Shown piece by piece: positions 13,798 to 25,599 of a stretch of DNA of 64,000 nucleotides. How positions within the stretch are numbered: position 1 is the stretch's first letter; every line of letters begins with the position of its first letter. The position numbers and the translations under genes were made by a program. The stretch covers positions 3,733,183 through 3,797,182 of the forward strand of contig NW_002060948.1 in the NCBI RefSeq assembly GCF_000150275.1, read 5' to 3'. The notes below the pieces were generated by a model. It was not told the origin of the DNA, searched no databases, and saw nothing but the letters and a program-made list of their open reading frames with translations. Origin of the DNA: Trichoplax adhaerens (lineage: Eukaryota > Animalia > Placozoa).

Positions 13798-14186
13798 AAA
13801 ATCATCCGCAAAAAAAAATCATTATAAGCTCTTCTTTCCTTCAGGTATTACCTAAGGGTAGTTTAATTAGTCTTAAGATTTATATCGATCTTGAGACAGA
13901 GTATTAAATCATCGGTAACAAGAATCATCGTAAGCTCTTCTTTCCTTCAAGTATTACCCAAGGGTAGCTTAATTTATCCCAAGATTTTTTATTCATCTTA
14001 TATGAGTAGCAAATCATCCGCAAAAAAGTGGCCATAAGCTCTCCGTTCCAAGACTTTTCATTATCTTAGACAGAGTAGCTATCATCAGCAGAAATAAAAC
14101 CGCTATAAGCTCTCCATTTCTTCCAGTATTATCCAAGGATAGTCTACTTTATCCTTAGACATTTCATCCACCTTAGACCGAGTAGC
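13798..14186. repeat. Minisatellite, about 80-110-bp unit, about 4 copies
   Basis: Repeated aatcatc.g.aa...taagctct.ctttccttca.gtattacc.aagggtag.tt...cttagacagagta. Confidence 0.85.
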
Positions 14187-14449
14187 TTCGACTACGGCGA
14201 GCGTCCAGGCGATTGAAATGGAATCCTGTTTAAAGAACGGTGAAATATTGTCATAAAAGTTTCATCTTCCACGGTTCCCCATAAATCATCGGATTAAATC
14301 CAATACAAGCAAGAATTAATATTCAAAATCGAGGGTACGTTGAACAGTAGGCAGCATCGCTAAAGGTGATAATTCTATCCCTACGTTCAACGTATGACAA
14401 TATAAAATGTGCTAATTTATTTGGCAGATGGCGTGTTTATTATTAAAAA

Positions 14450-15160
14450 GGAGCAGTGAAGCAAAATCGATTTCCTACAATACCACTAGCTTAGCCATTA
14501 TTCTTATCTAGTTTTGTCTAGAATAGTAAAGAAAATCCATTTTCTACTTTCCTATTATAAACTGCTAGCATAGCCATTATTCCTATCCAGCGCTGATTCA
14601 TAAGCTCAGTTTTATAACAGCGGAGCAAAATCCATTTTGTGCTTTTCTATAATTTTGCTCGCTTAGCCATTATTCTATCCAGTTATGTGTTAAAACAGCA
14701 AAGCAAAATTCCTCTTTTGCTTACCCATAATATTACTCTCTTAGTCACTATTCCTATCTTATTCTGCTATACTGAGGTATAATTAGTATTCAGCATTCCA
14801 TCAACCATTATTCTTGTCCAGTTCTGTTTTATAACAGCAAAGCCATATTCATTATTTGCCTTTTTAGAATATAAATAGCATAGCCAGTATTCCTATCTAG
14901 CTCTGTTTGATAACAGTGAAGAAAAATCCACTGTTTAATTTCTTCAGAATACGACGAGTATAACTATTATTCCTATTTAGCCTTATTTGATCAATTCTGC
15001 TTTATAACGGTAAAGAAAGATCCATTTCCTAATTTCTTAGAATACGATGTGCATAGCTATTATTTCTCATCCAGTTCTGTTTTACAACAGTAAAGTAAAA
15101 TTGATTTTTTTACCTTTCTAGAATACTACAAGCATAGCCATTCTTCTAACCCCGTTCTGA
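14450..15160. repeat. Degenerate minisatellite directly upstream of the GPCR ATG, about 75-95-bp unit, about 9 copies
   Basis: Repeated core tagccattattcctatccagttctgttttataacagtaaag.aaaatccattt. Confidence 0.85.
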
Positions 15161-15252
15161 TCATCGGTTGCTAATAACTACCATTGCATGATTCTACTTC
15201 TTTTCATCACTGATTGCGATCTTGGAGCTACCATTAATTCTTCACTGACGCC

Positions 15253-16251
15253 ATGGCAAGTATATTGACTAATGAATCTTCGACATTCATGCCTACTATC
15301 GCCAATAATCGAACCAGGCCAGCGCCAGCCTACGTTCTTGATCCTTATTTAATTATTATGACTAGTGTTGGAATTTCTATTATTATTGTCAATACAGCAT
15401 TTCTGATGATTATCCTTCTCTATCGCCAACTACGTACTACTCCTAACGTTATTATGTGTAGCATGTCGGTGTCCAGCATTTTGTTCGCTCTCATTTACTT
15501 AATTCCTCGCTACTTTCCGGCCAGTGTCGACTTAATATGCAAGTTATTACCTTTTATCGGCCTATCATTAGCTTTAATCATTAATCTACATCAATGTGTT
15601 ATTAGCTGCCATCGTTATATGGCTGTCGCCAATCCACTTACTCATCGTCGCCATATGACCAAACGTCATATTGCTATTATATTAGTTTTAGTTTGGTTAT
15701 TGCCATTTATCTCTAGCTCTATACCAGCCATATTTTATCAACCTCTTAATGAGGGTTTTTGCAGAGTGTTCGGTTATGATGCAACGCCTAAACTTATCTT
15801 TTATAGCTCCATGTACACCATCTTTTTCTACTTGCCCTTATCTATCATTTTGTTCGGCTATATTTATATCCATATTACAGCTTTGATACTACCCAAAGAT
15901 AGAAAGTTATTGAAACGAGGCTGTTGGAAATATCGTATTCATCGCCATCGTCGTGTCTTAATCCATACAGCAATTATTATTGAATTGCATGCACTATGTT
16001 GGGTACCATTTATTACCGTTACTATTGCTTGGTATGGTGGCTTTACTATACCTAATTTTCGTGTCTTAGCCGAGGTTTTGCGCAATATTGCATTAAGCTA
16101 TCCAGTGATCAACCCTTTGGTCTATGCTTATTGTACATCTGGTATTCGTCGACGTATTTTAAATTTAATAGGTTACGAGAGCGCAAAGAGACCGTCTACC
16201 TTACGATCAACGGGTTTAGAATCCTCGTTAGCCTCTGGAGTAATGGGCTAA
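15253..16251 (+). CDS. Intronless class A (rhodopsin-family) orphan GPCR, 332 aa
   Basis: Seven hydrophobic segments. Motifs: TM1 VN, LRTTPN loop, CHRY at the DRY position, TM4 W-x-x-P, TM5 FYLP, TM6 CWVPF, TM7 NPLVY and helix 8. N-glycosylation sequons NES and NRT at the N-terminus. Confidence 0.95.
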   Translation: MASILTNESSTFMPTIANNRTRPAPAYVLDPYLIIMTSVGISIIIVNTAFLMIILLYRQLRTTPNVIMCSMSVSSILFALIYLIPRYFPASVDLICKLLPFIGLSLALIINLHQCVISCHRYMAVANPLTHRRHMTKRHIAIILVLVWLLPFISSSIPAIFYQPLNEGFCRVFGYDATPKLIFYSSMYTIFFYLPLSIILFGYIYIHITALILPKDRKLLKRGCWKYRIHRHRRVLIHTAIIIELHALCWVPFITVTIAWYGGFTIPNFRVLAEVLRNIALSYPVINPLVYAYCTSGIRRRILNLIGYESAKRPSTLRSTGLESSLASGVMG

Positions 16252-16589
16252 AGTCTTATTTAAATATACTTTGATTTCATCAAGCACGAAATTGGATCTC
16301 ATTATACACGATATTTTCTACTACTACTGGACTGAATATCGCTCATGAAAAGGAATCATAGCTCATACAAAGTTATGGATTGAACTCGTTGGGATAATTA
16401 TACACTTTGTAGCCGATTCCTAAAAATAAATAAAATAAGAAATGAATAAAAATCAGTATTTTGCACTTATAGCTATCAAGTTAATCATATCAAAATGTTA
16501 ACAACTATATTCGTTCTTTCTTAAAAGTGATCTATTCCATTACTGTTAAACGTTACAAACTATTTATTTACCCTTTAGTGGATTGCCTT

Positions 16590-16900
16590 CTGTCTAGAGT
16601 TCCAATGGATGAAAATCTTAACGAAAATGTTCAATTGTGTATTCTATTGCTAATGGAGAAAGTGAATCTTTTAACGAATATTCGAGATTGGCGTCCTATC
16701 ATCACTTTAACAAATTGATGGATTAATTTCAATTGCTTAATTATTTGATTGTTACGACTACTGCAGTACCTACTACACTATTAATTCAAGATAATCTTTA
16801 ATCTATCGTACGATATAATTGATACTAAATGAAACTAAGAACAGTTTCAGTCCGATTTTACTATCAAAATAGTTAATAAAATGCTTTATTGATAGATATA
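16590..16900 (+). mobile_element. Decayed non-LTR (L1/Tx1-like) reverse transcriptase fragment
   Basis: The ORF ending at 16718 finishes with CILLLMEKVNLLTNIRDWRPIITLTN, similar to IxLLxKKxxxxxIKNWRPISLLN. IQDNL..DII follows at about 16784 (DNxxxIRDII-like), then a frameshifted KAFDR-like stretch at about 16880. Confidence 0.6.
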
Positions 16901-19329
16901 TCTTGCTGGAAGATAGAGCTGATGATAGTACTGCATTAAACGACATTGACAATCTTCTATTAATACTATAATCTGATTGAGGTATCCGTTAATTATTATT
17001 ACTTTAAATTAAAATGGTGATGATTCAATAGAAGCAATTTACAGTTCTATACTTTATTATTCAGCATAATTTCAACGTTTTGTATGCTATTAGTAAAGAA
17101 TCGTTAGATCACGAAATACCCCTTCAAATTAGAATAAATTGTAGGCTGCGATTGAGCGTTTAAAAATTAAAACTGAAATTATTATGTTTCGTTAGTATAA
17201 CTACTCAGAAAATTTGATCATAATTTATTACCAGCTATCGTATGGCGATCTATGTCGCCGTAAAAATCTTTCTATAAGATTGAAGGTTATCATAATTACT
17301 TTTCATTGCATCTAGACCGTATATAATTGAATAATAATTGCTTGGTTTGTCAAGATAAAAATTTCCACTGCAATAAATCGATGAATAATTATAATTTATT
17401 TATTAATGTCCTTATGGATTATGCTCAAGTATTCATACAGGATAGTTTACCTTCACGCTTTATAACTCGTATATTAAAGTAATAAAGATTCTATTCGTCA
17501 AATCTTGAATGGCTGTTTGCGCAATGGGCTAGCTCGGTTTATAATATTGGGTAGTAAAATCGAAAAGTAGAAAATTTTATTCTAAATAAACAGATTTACA
17601 GATGATATACTACTTCTTGGCTAAGGTCTCAGGTATTGGTTATGAGATTAGATTACTACAAACGTATTTGGCTTTAGGTCCCAAATAAAATAAAGTTATT
17701 GCCAATTATCTTTAATTTTTGAAACAGCTAAATGGAATAGTAACTGTTACGAGATAATCTGTCAATAAACTCCATGAATCTGATAACATAGCTGAAGAGC
17801 GAGTGGAGAAAGACGGTCAGCAAGCGCAATAGAGACTAATAAAACACATACCTATTAGTAATTAATTAATTTATACATCTGAGGCTTACTCAGGAATTAT
17901 AGGTTTTATGCAACACCATAGAGTCACGAATTTAGTCGATTAGCTTCTTACTGAGTACTATCATTTAATGACTTGTTCATGGCAACTTTGTATCATAGTC
18001 ATATATGTATATGTTACATTAAACATATGTAATTGATTTAGATATACAGTATATATGTCGTTTACTACATATGGTATATCTAACATATGTAATTAATTCA
18101 CAAATGTACTGTGCATTTTTCTTGGTAAATGGACTAATATTCTACTCCTTGAATAATCCCATTGGGTATGCCCGTAACAATGTCTTATAATTGACCATCT
18201 TCGTCTAGGATAAATTACCACGTTATCTCTTACGTGTACAGTAGTTTCTTTAATATAGTATTCCGTTTTGCAGCAACATACGAGTAGGATAGAAAATTAC
18301 AATTTAACAAGCACTGTTTTCACTAACTTTATAAAAACACATAAATAATTATACGTAGGTGGGGCTTAGGATAAATTTATACGGATGTTGGAATAGATAC
18401 TCCAAACATTTATTATATCTTCTTGCTAAAGAGGAAGGTGGAAAAACATCGTAGCATTCTAACCATGTCGACAGGAAACAAAAAAGTCTCAATCAAAACA
18501 GTTTTGGAATATTCGAAGCAGTTATTCGGCAATGTAACTGTACAAAAAATTTGATTAATTTTATAAAAAATACAAATTTATAATGACGAACTGAGCCAAG
18601 AATTGAGAATAGATGCTGTGATTATATTACTAAAATTAGAAAGATTCTTACGATTCACATACGACTATGAAAATTCATTACCCACTTAATTTGGATTAAT
18701 ATATCAACAGCATTTAGGCGTTTTGGAAATAAGGTAACGATTCCAGTAGATCTGTACGCTAAGATTTATGAAAGAATCTATGAATGAAGTACTGTCACAT
18801 TTGTTGTGTTAATAGCAAATATTACTATAAGAAATTATTTCTCACAGTAGTATTATATACAGTAAAATAATTTCTAGTTGCCTTGGTGTTGTTGCTACAT
18901 TAATATACACCGATTGTATTTTACCTATTATTGTAGATTGCAGTGTGGTAAATACTCGTATACGATAACATTATTGTAAGCATAAACATTTAATTTTGAT
19001 ATAGTCGCTATAATTAAGTCTTAGGCTGATAAGCATATCAAAAAATTAACTATAGACATTCACTTAAAGAGAACCAAAAATTTAAGAACGATTACAATAG
19101 CTTTATAGATGCTTATTTTCATCGATTTTGTAAATTTTGCCGCCATAGAATTCTCTCAAGATGATAGAATATCACATCTAAATCCATCAGTCTTCGCTCA
19201 GGAAAAATATTCAGTTTCGGACAATGAATTGATTGATAAAGTATGGCCTTCGTAATATTTCCATCTTACATCAGTTAAATTGTCTATTACCAAAACTTTT
19301 AAAGGCAATAGCCAAATTTCGATCGGACT

Positions 19330-22300
19330 TTAGGGACTTTGTGTGCTGGGATTTGAATTACCGCTATTATTACTAGAATTGTTTACGGTAGGTACAACAA
19401 TAGCGACGGTGATAATTATCAGAAGGATAATGACAAGGACAATGATACAAATCAGTTTCTGTAAGAAAATCAGACAAAAAGTTGGACTTTAATAGAGATT
19501 GGCAAAAAATGAAAAGATATTATATCGTTATTAATGAGTACTGTATATCGATAAATTAAATAGACAAACTTTCCGAGCTGCCGTTTGATAGGTATGAGCT
19601 TTACTCAAATCGGTTGTTGCTCTTTGTACGTAATCGACAGTACTAAGAGTATTGTGCTCAATATTGTCTAACATTTCGCCTTGGCTTTCAACTAGCATGG
19701 CCATATCAAGAAACATGTCATGCAATTCCTGTAACAAAAGATTAGCGACAATTTACTATGCTGTGTGACAGGAATTACTGTGATATAAACCAGGGAATCT
19801 AAGATACTATTTGTATTCTAGATGTGAAACTGATGTGCATATCAGCACAATGCTTGTATATTATATTTTAGTACTCTTGTGACGTTCTACGTAAGCTATC
19901 ATCGATAAAAATACTAACTTTAATACTTTTTTCGAGTTTCATAATATCGTCATATCGTTGTTCGATTGCTTCTAAAGCTTTTTTGGCTTCCTTACTGTCG
20001 ATCATCATCTATACCATATTACGATATAAATTCATAAATATAGATTGTATAATTGTCATGGAAAGGGGATTTGTATAACTAAATAGTATAAATTTAAGAG
20101 ACTTGTATCAAGAATAGCTATTTACTATGATATATATAGGTAAAGATAGTAGGTAAAATGACGTCTAGTATAAGATAGAATTAACTTACACCATCAGTGA
20201 AAACATTAAGATCGCCTTGCTCTAACATTTCTTCAACTTCGTCATCAGTGGTCGTCTTTCCAGCTGGTTATTAAGATTATTGTTAGTAACATTTACTTCT
20301 AGAAATATTATCATTTCCAAGTACATTACAATCGCGGTGAATTTCCATACTTATTTCTAGCTGTCTGACAATACGTGCTTTGCATTTCTCTCGATGTTCC
20401 ACTTGCATAGTATTGTAGTCGGACATAAGACTAACTAGACGATTACTAAGTGCTGTAACCTTAACAATTCAAAAAGTATAAATGGCAACATTAATCATAG
20501 ATGATTAAAAGCGAGATGTATGCGACGAGAAGAAATTTATGGGCGATCATTGATAAATGATTGTATCTAGGGTAGATTTATGTCATCTCTACAATTACGT
20601 TTATGGTATCGCGGTCACAGATCAGCAATTTATCTCAGAAGCCAATAGAATCAATATACGTTACGTCATTGTTATCATAGTATATTTGTTCACTAATTTT
20701 GTTAGATTTTCAGCAGCACTTTCATGCAAGCAGTGTTGACTCGTATTTCTCCTACCTGTGTTTGCTTTATCCGAAATTCAGCGGAATGATCATCTTGCCC
20801 AATAGTAGCTTCTAAGCCTGTTACATTAATAGATAGACGTATTGGCTTGTTAGTACGTAGTTGTTATGATAGGTTGGATAGGGAAAAGCTGTTGATATTA
20901 TAGATAAATATTACTAAAAGTAAAGCGTATATTTAAACCTTTTAATTGTGAACGGATTCTTTTGGCCTTAATTTTAATATTTTCCATATTCTTCTCTAAA
21001 CTTTCGCGTTTATCTGTGAAAAGGTTCAGATAGTTTATTCAAGTGATGAGACTTTTTACATGATTGATATTTACTGAAATTAGTGTTGCAAATACGAGAG
21101 TGGTATTATAGCAACTGCAGACTGACCAATATCAATGGATTGTCAGGATTAGATAATTATATCGCCTACATGTAGGTTTTACCTTCCGTTACTTTCGGCA
21201 TTGTTATGAAATCGCTGTAGGCTTTAGCAACTTGGGCGAGGTTGTCTTCGATAGTATCTAATTCCCCTTCGATATGTTCGACCTGTAATATGACAGTATA
21301 GAAACTTTAATTTCATTTATGGTATTTGGTCGTTCTCTCTTGGCAGATAGTGACTAATATCTGAGAAGGTGTAGACTTGTATTTTCGTTTTTAGCCAAGT
21401 AATTACGGTATATTTTGTGAGAACTGCATAAGGTAACTGGAATGAAAGCTATCCAATTACAGTATTCCGTTCTATAGAACGGAATACCGTACATCATTGC
21501 GAGAATTAAAAGAGTGATAACCATTGATTTTACCATTAAATTAACTTGGTGATGATTTCAATTCTTTTCAATTTACTTACAAATACATTTAGAAACTCTT
21601 TTACTAACTTTTAAAGTTTTATTACTGCACATTCATGTGAATTACATCCTATTCCAAGGTAAAATTCATGACACTGATAACTACCTGGTTAAAGAAGTCT
21701 TCCATGAATGGCACTGGCTCTTCAATGGAGATTTCAATCCCTTTATCGTCGAGTTCTTCATCATCTTGGTTAGCCTGTACCTGTTCATCATTTATTGGTG
21801 TTTTAGTTAGGTTAATCAGGTGTTATTAATTAAATATTGAATTAGGATTATTAAATTAATCGAGATTAGCTCGAGCTGCAGTCCTGGTAGCGTTAGTAAT
21901 TTGCTTATTCTGGCTCTATTTGTATTTCTTGTGATCTATCACAATATTAAGTTGAGGGAGGACGCGTAAAAGTGTTAGCTAATTTAATTTTTTAACCCTG
22001 AAGATGGGAGAGAATGCTTGACAACGATCTATAATTTATAATAGGCTTATTATGCTTGGTAAAGTAAGTCGACCGCGCAGGGATAAACAAATAAATCGAA
22101 ATGAAGAAAACGATTGAATTTATGTAGACTGAATGATATTTTTGCTAGTTCTTAAATTGAAAATAATGATGGATTTCGAAAATCATTTTACCCTAAGATT
22201 ACAGTTATACGAATGAGTAATGCCGTCATAAGAGCTGTGACTGATGGGTAATTAATAAGTTATTAACGGATAATTGTTTGTTTGGTTAAGTTTGAAAATA

Positions 22301-23541
22301 GGCCCTTTTTCTTATAAAGCTAGGGATACTTGAGTTGTCGGTGATATTAAGTTCAAACTGCAGAGTGAATCATCGTGGACGAAATTCAATTGAACTCGGC
22401 TTGTGGTGGAGTTACCCAAGTGGTTACTAGCAATGACTGAAGGTTTGAAGAATTTATCGCGGCATTGTCCCTCTTTTGTAAATAGTTGGATTTTATGTCA
22501 CCGTAACTGATATTTCATATTGATAGATTAAAAGCATGGAAGTGAATCATTCATTTCTTGCTATATTGCTATTCAATGGTAGTTTTAACCTTTTTTATCT
22601 TTTATTTTTTTGCACGTTGATAGTGAATGCTAAGTCTAATCGTTTACGATAATTGCCCAAAAGATGAAGAGTTGATCATTTTTGATGCGTTTGTTTACAA
22701 TTTTGTAAGTGTGAAATTTCGTTGACTACCATCATCCATTTAGCGTAGATTATGATGAATAGATAAAGAGAGCTAAGCTAGAGGAAAAGTAACATTGAAA
22801 AGTAGAGCCTGGCTTTGACCAAGAAAATGGCTACTCCTATCTACTTCTAACTGTATTTACAGCATAGGCAACAATGGATGCCATTATCCTGAGTTGATTG
22901 GATCAGAGGCTGTTAGGAAAAAAAGTACTATGGCGGTGACTTACTGCTTGATGATAATACTTGTTATTAGCAAAGTCAATTAGGTGGCCGTAACTAGTTA
23001 GGATCTGGATATCCATGGAGTTGATCTTGACAACAAGAAATGGCTACCCTTGGACATATCCGATAATATGGTACAGTAGTCTGCACTAGGTCATCCATTT
23101 ATGTATTGTAATGCATAGACTGTACACTCCATTCTTGCATGATGTGGGAAAATGAAGTGGATAAAGCAGAATGAACTTGCGCCTAGGCAACGAGTGACTA
23201 GAAGGGTGCGTGGTGACTATTTGACTAAAGCTGGCGACTAGACTTCATTAAATTGTCGCCTGTTCATTAGACGTATTTAATCATCCTATTGGATGATAGC
23301 CCAGAACGTCATGTAGTGTAGAACCTAATAATACAAACATCAGCAAGACTATAACGAATAGCATTGATCATTTAACGACGGCTACTTGTATCATCCATTT
23401 CTTTGAGCCAGATCGATTTTGGTCTCCATCTCTGTCTGTGTGTGTGACATGCCTAGTCACATCTAGAAAAAAAATGATTGGTTCGCTAGCCTACGCTAGG
23501 TTAATTCATACCGCTTGAATTTCTATCATTCGGTCCTTCAT
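19330..23541 (-). CDS. STX1A: Syntaxin-1 (plasma-membrane Qa-SNARE), 10 coding exons
   Basis: Exon 1 at 23512-23541 encodes the N-peptide [10 protein letters not shown]. Further exons lie at about 21685-21780 (FMEDFFNQ), 21183-21282, 20940-21013, 20756-20817, 20351-20459 ([13 protein letters not shown]), 20191-20264 ([13 protein letters not shown]), 19919-20008, 19570-19728 ([24 protein letters not shown]) and 19330-19458 (TM anchor, stop). All introns are GT-AG. Confidence 0.93.
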
Positions 23542-24087
23542 GGTGTTGCTTAGGTCTTGCTATTCAAGAATGGAAAATAACTTGTTGAACAACTATCCAC
23601 ACAGATTCTTGCAATGATTTACAAGGTGGGCAAATGGCTGCAATTTGGTCTTTGAAAATTGGCCAGTGAAATTGTGCTGCTATCTTCAAAGCAGGTGATG
23701 AAGCTTTTGTGACGATTGTGATGGGTCGTCCGTCACCTGCTATGACTGACCGAGCCAACAGCGGATACAATACTGCCTAGATACAGCCATCGACTACTCG
23801 AAAATTGCACACTTTCTTCTAGTCAAATGACACAACACGCACTCATGCCTGAGTGATTTGTGTCTGCGTCCTTTGTTGGCCGTGATCGACGAGCAGTAGT
23901 ACGACGTACACTGTCAGGCGTCAACTTGACTGGCTTCACCACCACCGCTGCTCTCAGCCGTGGCTCAGTGCACTAGGTATGCTGTTCGGTATACAGACTG
24001 CAATCCACCAACTGGCATCCTGTACGGGAGGTTTTTCTTCCTTCTACTGCATGAGTCCATATACAGTACTTCTGCACTACCAACTCG

Positions 24088-24561
24088 GCAATCCTATTCC
24101 AAGGTGTGGTAGGGTGGAGACGCAAATTATCCTACCCTTACATAATCAATAATGTCTTGACATTGGACAGGGAATAAAAATCGCCTTATTAGCTAGAATG
24201 GCGTCTACGAACCGCATGACTTGGACGAGTCTTGCATTAAAATCGTCATGATCTTAGGGAAAGAAACCCTCCAACTGTTCCAATGAAGAAGATTGCAATC
24301 CTATTCTAAGGTGTGGTAGGGTGGAGACGCAAATTATCCTACCCTTACGTAATCAATAATGTCTTGACATTGGACAGGGAATAAAAATCGCCATTAGCTA
24401 GAATGGCGTCAACGAACTGCTTGACATTGGACAGGGAATAAAAATCGCCTTATTAGCCAGAATGGCGTCTACGAACCGCATGACTTGGACGAGTCTTGCA
24501 TTAAAATCGTCATGATCCTAGGGAAAGGAACCCTCCAACTGTTCCAATGAAGAAGATTGCA
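24088..24561. repeat. Young 207-bp tandem duplication with a nested extra copy of about 57 bp, upstream of syntaxin
   Basis: Near-identical copies start at 24088 and 24295. The second copy repeats cttgacattggacagggaataaaaatcgcc...gaatggcgtc.acgaac internally. Confidence 0.95.
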
Positions 24562-24591
24562 CAATTTCATCCCTTCACCTACATGTGCGTA

Positions 24592-24827
24592 CAGTAGCCC
24601 TAACCATTTTGTACCAATGACTTTCTCCACGTCGTTCAAGCTGTCCTACTGATACATTATGAGACATACTCGTATTGACATGTCTAAAAAAAAATGAAGT
24701 GAGATTGGACGATTTCTTCATTTTTTTTAAAACATGTCAATACATGTCTACATTATCAGTAAGACAGCTCCAACAAAGTGTACATTGTACAATGTAATTG
24801 ATGCAAAATGGTTAGCGATAATTCTCG
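24592..24827. mobile_element. Foldback/MITE-like long inverted repeat
   Basis: Nested paired arms: taaccattttg/caaaatggtta, gctgtcctactgata/tatcagtaagacagc, gtattgacatgt/acatgtcaatac and aaaaaaaaatgaag/cttcattttttttt, around a loop of about 16 nt. The left end is TA-CAG. Confidence 0.75.
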
Positions 24828-25599
24828 TATACGAGTACGCGTATAAAATAATCAAGAATAAAAATTGCAAATTTGAATTGTCGCTATGGACTATGGCAGT
24901 GTATACATATGCTCGTATACGCGTATATAATACAGTAATTAAAAAAGATAATCAAAAATTGCAAATTTGAATGGTAGCTATGGACTATGGCAGTGTACCA
25001 TAGTCTCTGAGACATCATTCTCTTCTGGTAAGTGAGTAAGGATGGCCTGTTGTAGTGATCAGGCCAGCGTGATATTTTGTACAGCGTAGTTAAGATCGAT
25101 TCAGAATTAGCTAAACAAACATCCAGGATAGTAATTAATGTGGAATAACAATTCATTTTATTCCATTACTATATATTCTAATTAGAAATGATTGGTGGTA
25201 CAGGTAAATATTCGTTGAATCGTTCCATAGCAACCCTACCACTAGGTCTATCCAAGGTTTACAAAAATAGCAATATCATTCAACACGATCATGAATCATG
25301 ATCTGCTCAATACATCAACATCTAGAATACAATTGTACAGCAGAATTCACATGCTATAAATTGTAATTAACTATCGAGTAGGAATAATAACCCTAAAAGA
25401 AAAGTCGATAATATGTTGTCAATATCGTCCACTAAAATAGACTATTGCAAATAGACTGCCATACCGCATGAAATGAATGCAGTCAAGAATAGAGCCAACT
25501 ACGCCCAGTTCGTGTCCACAGTAGCTTCCACACCCAAAAGCTCAACGACGTTATATCATGTACATAGAAAAAGATCTATCTTTCCTTGCTTTAAGAATA

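Noticed and set aside
22355-22480. IIVDEI Walker-B/PIF1-like word in syntaxin intron 1
   Set aside because: A single motif with no supporting helicase motifs in order.
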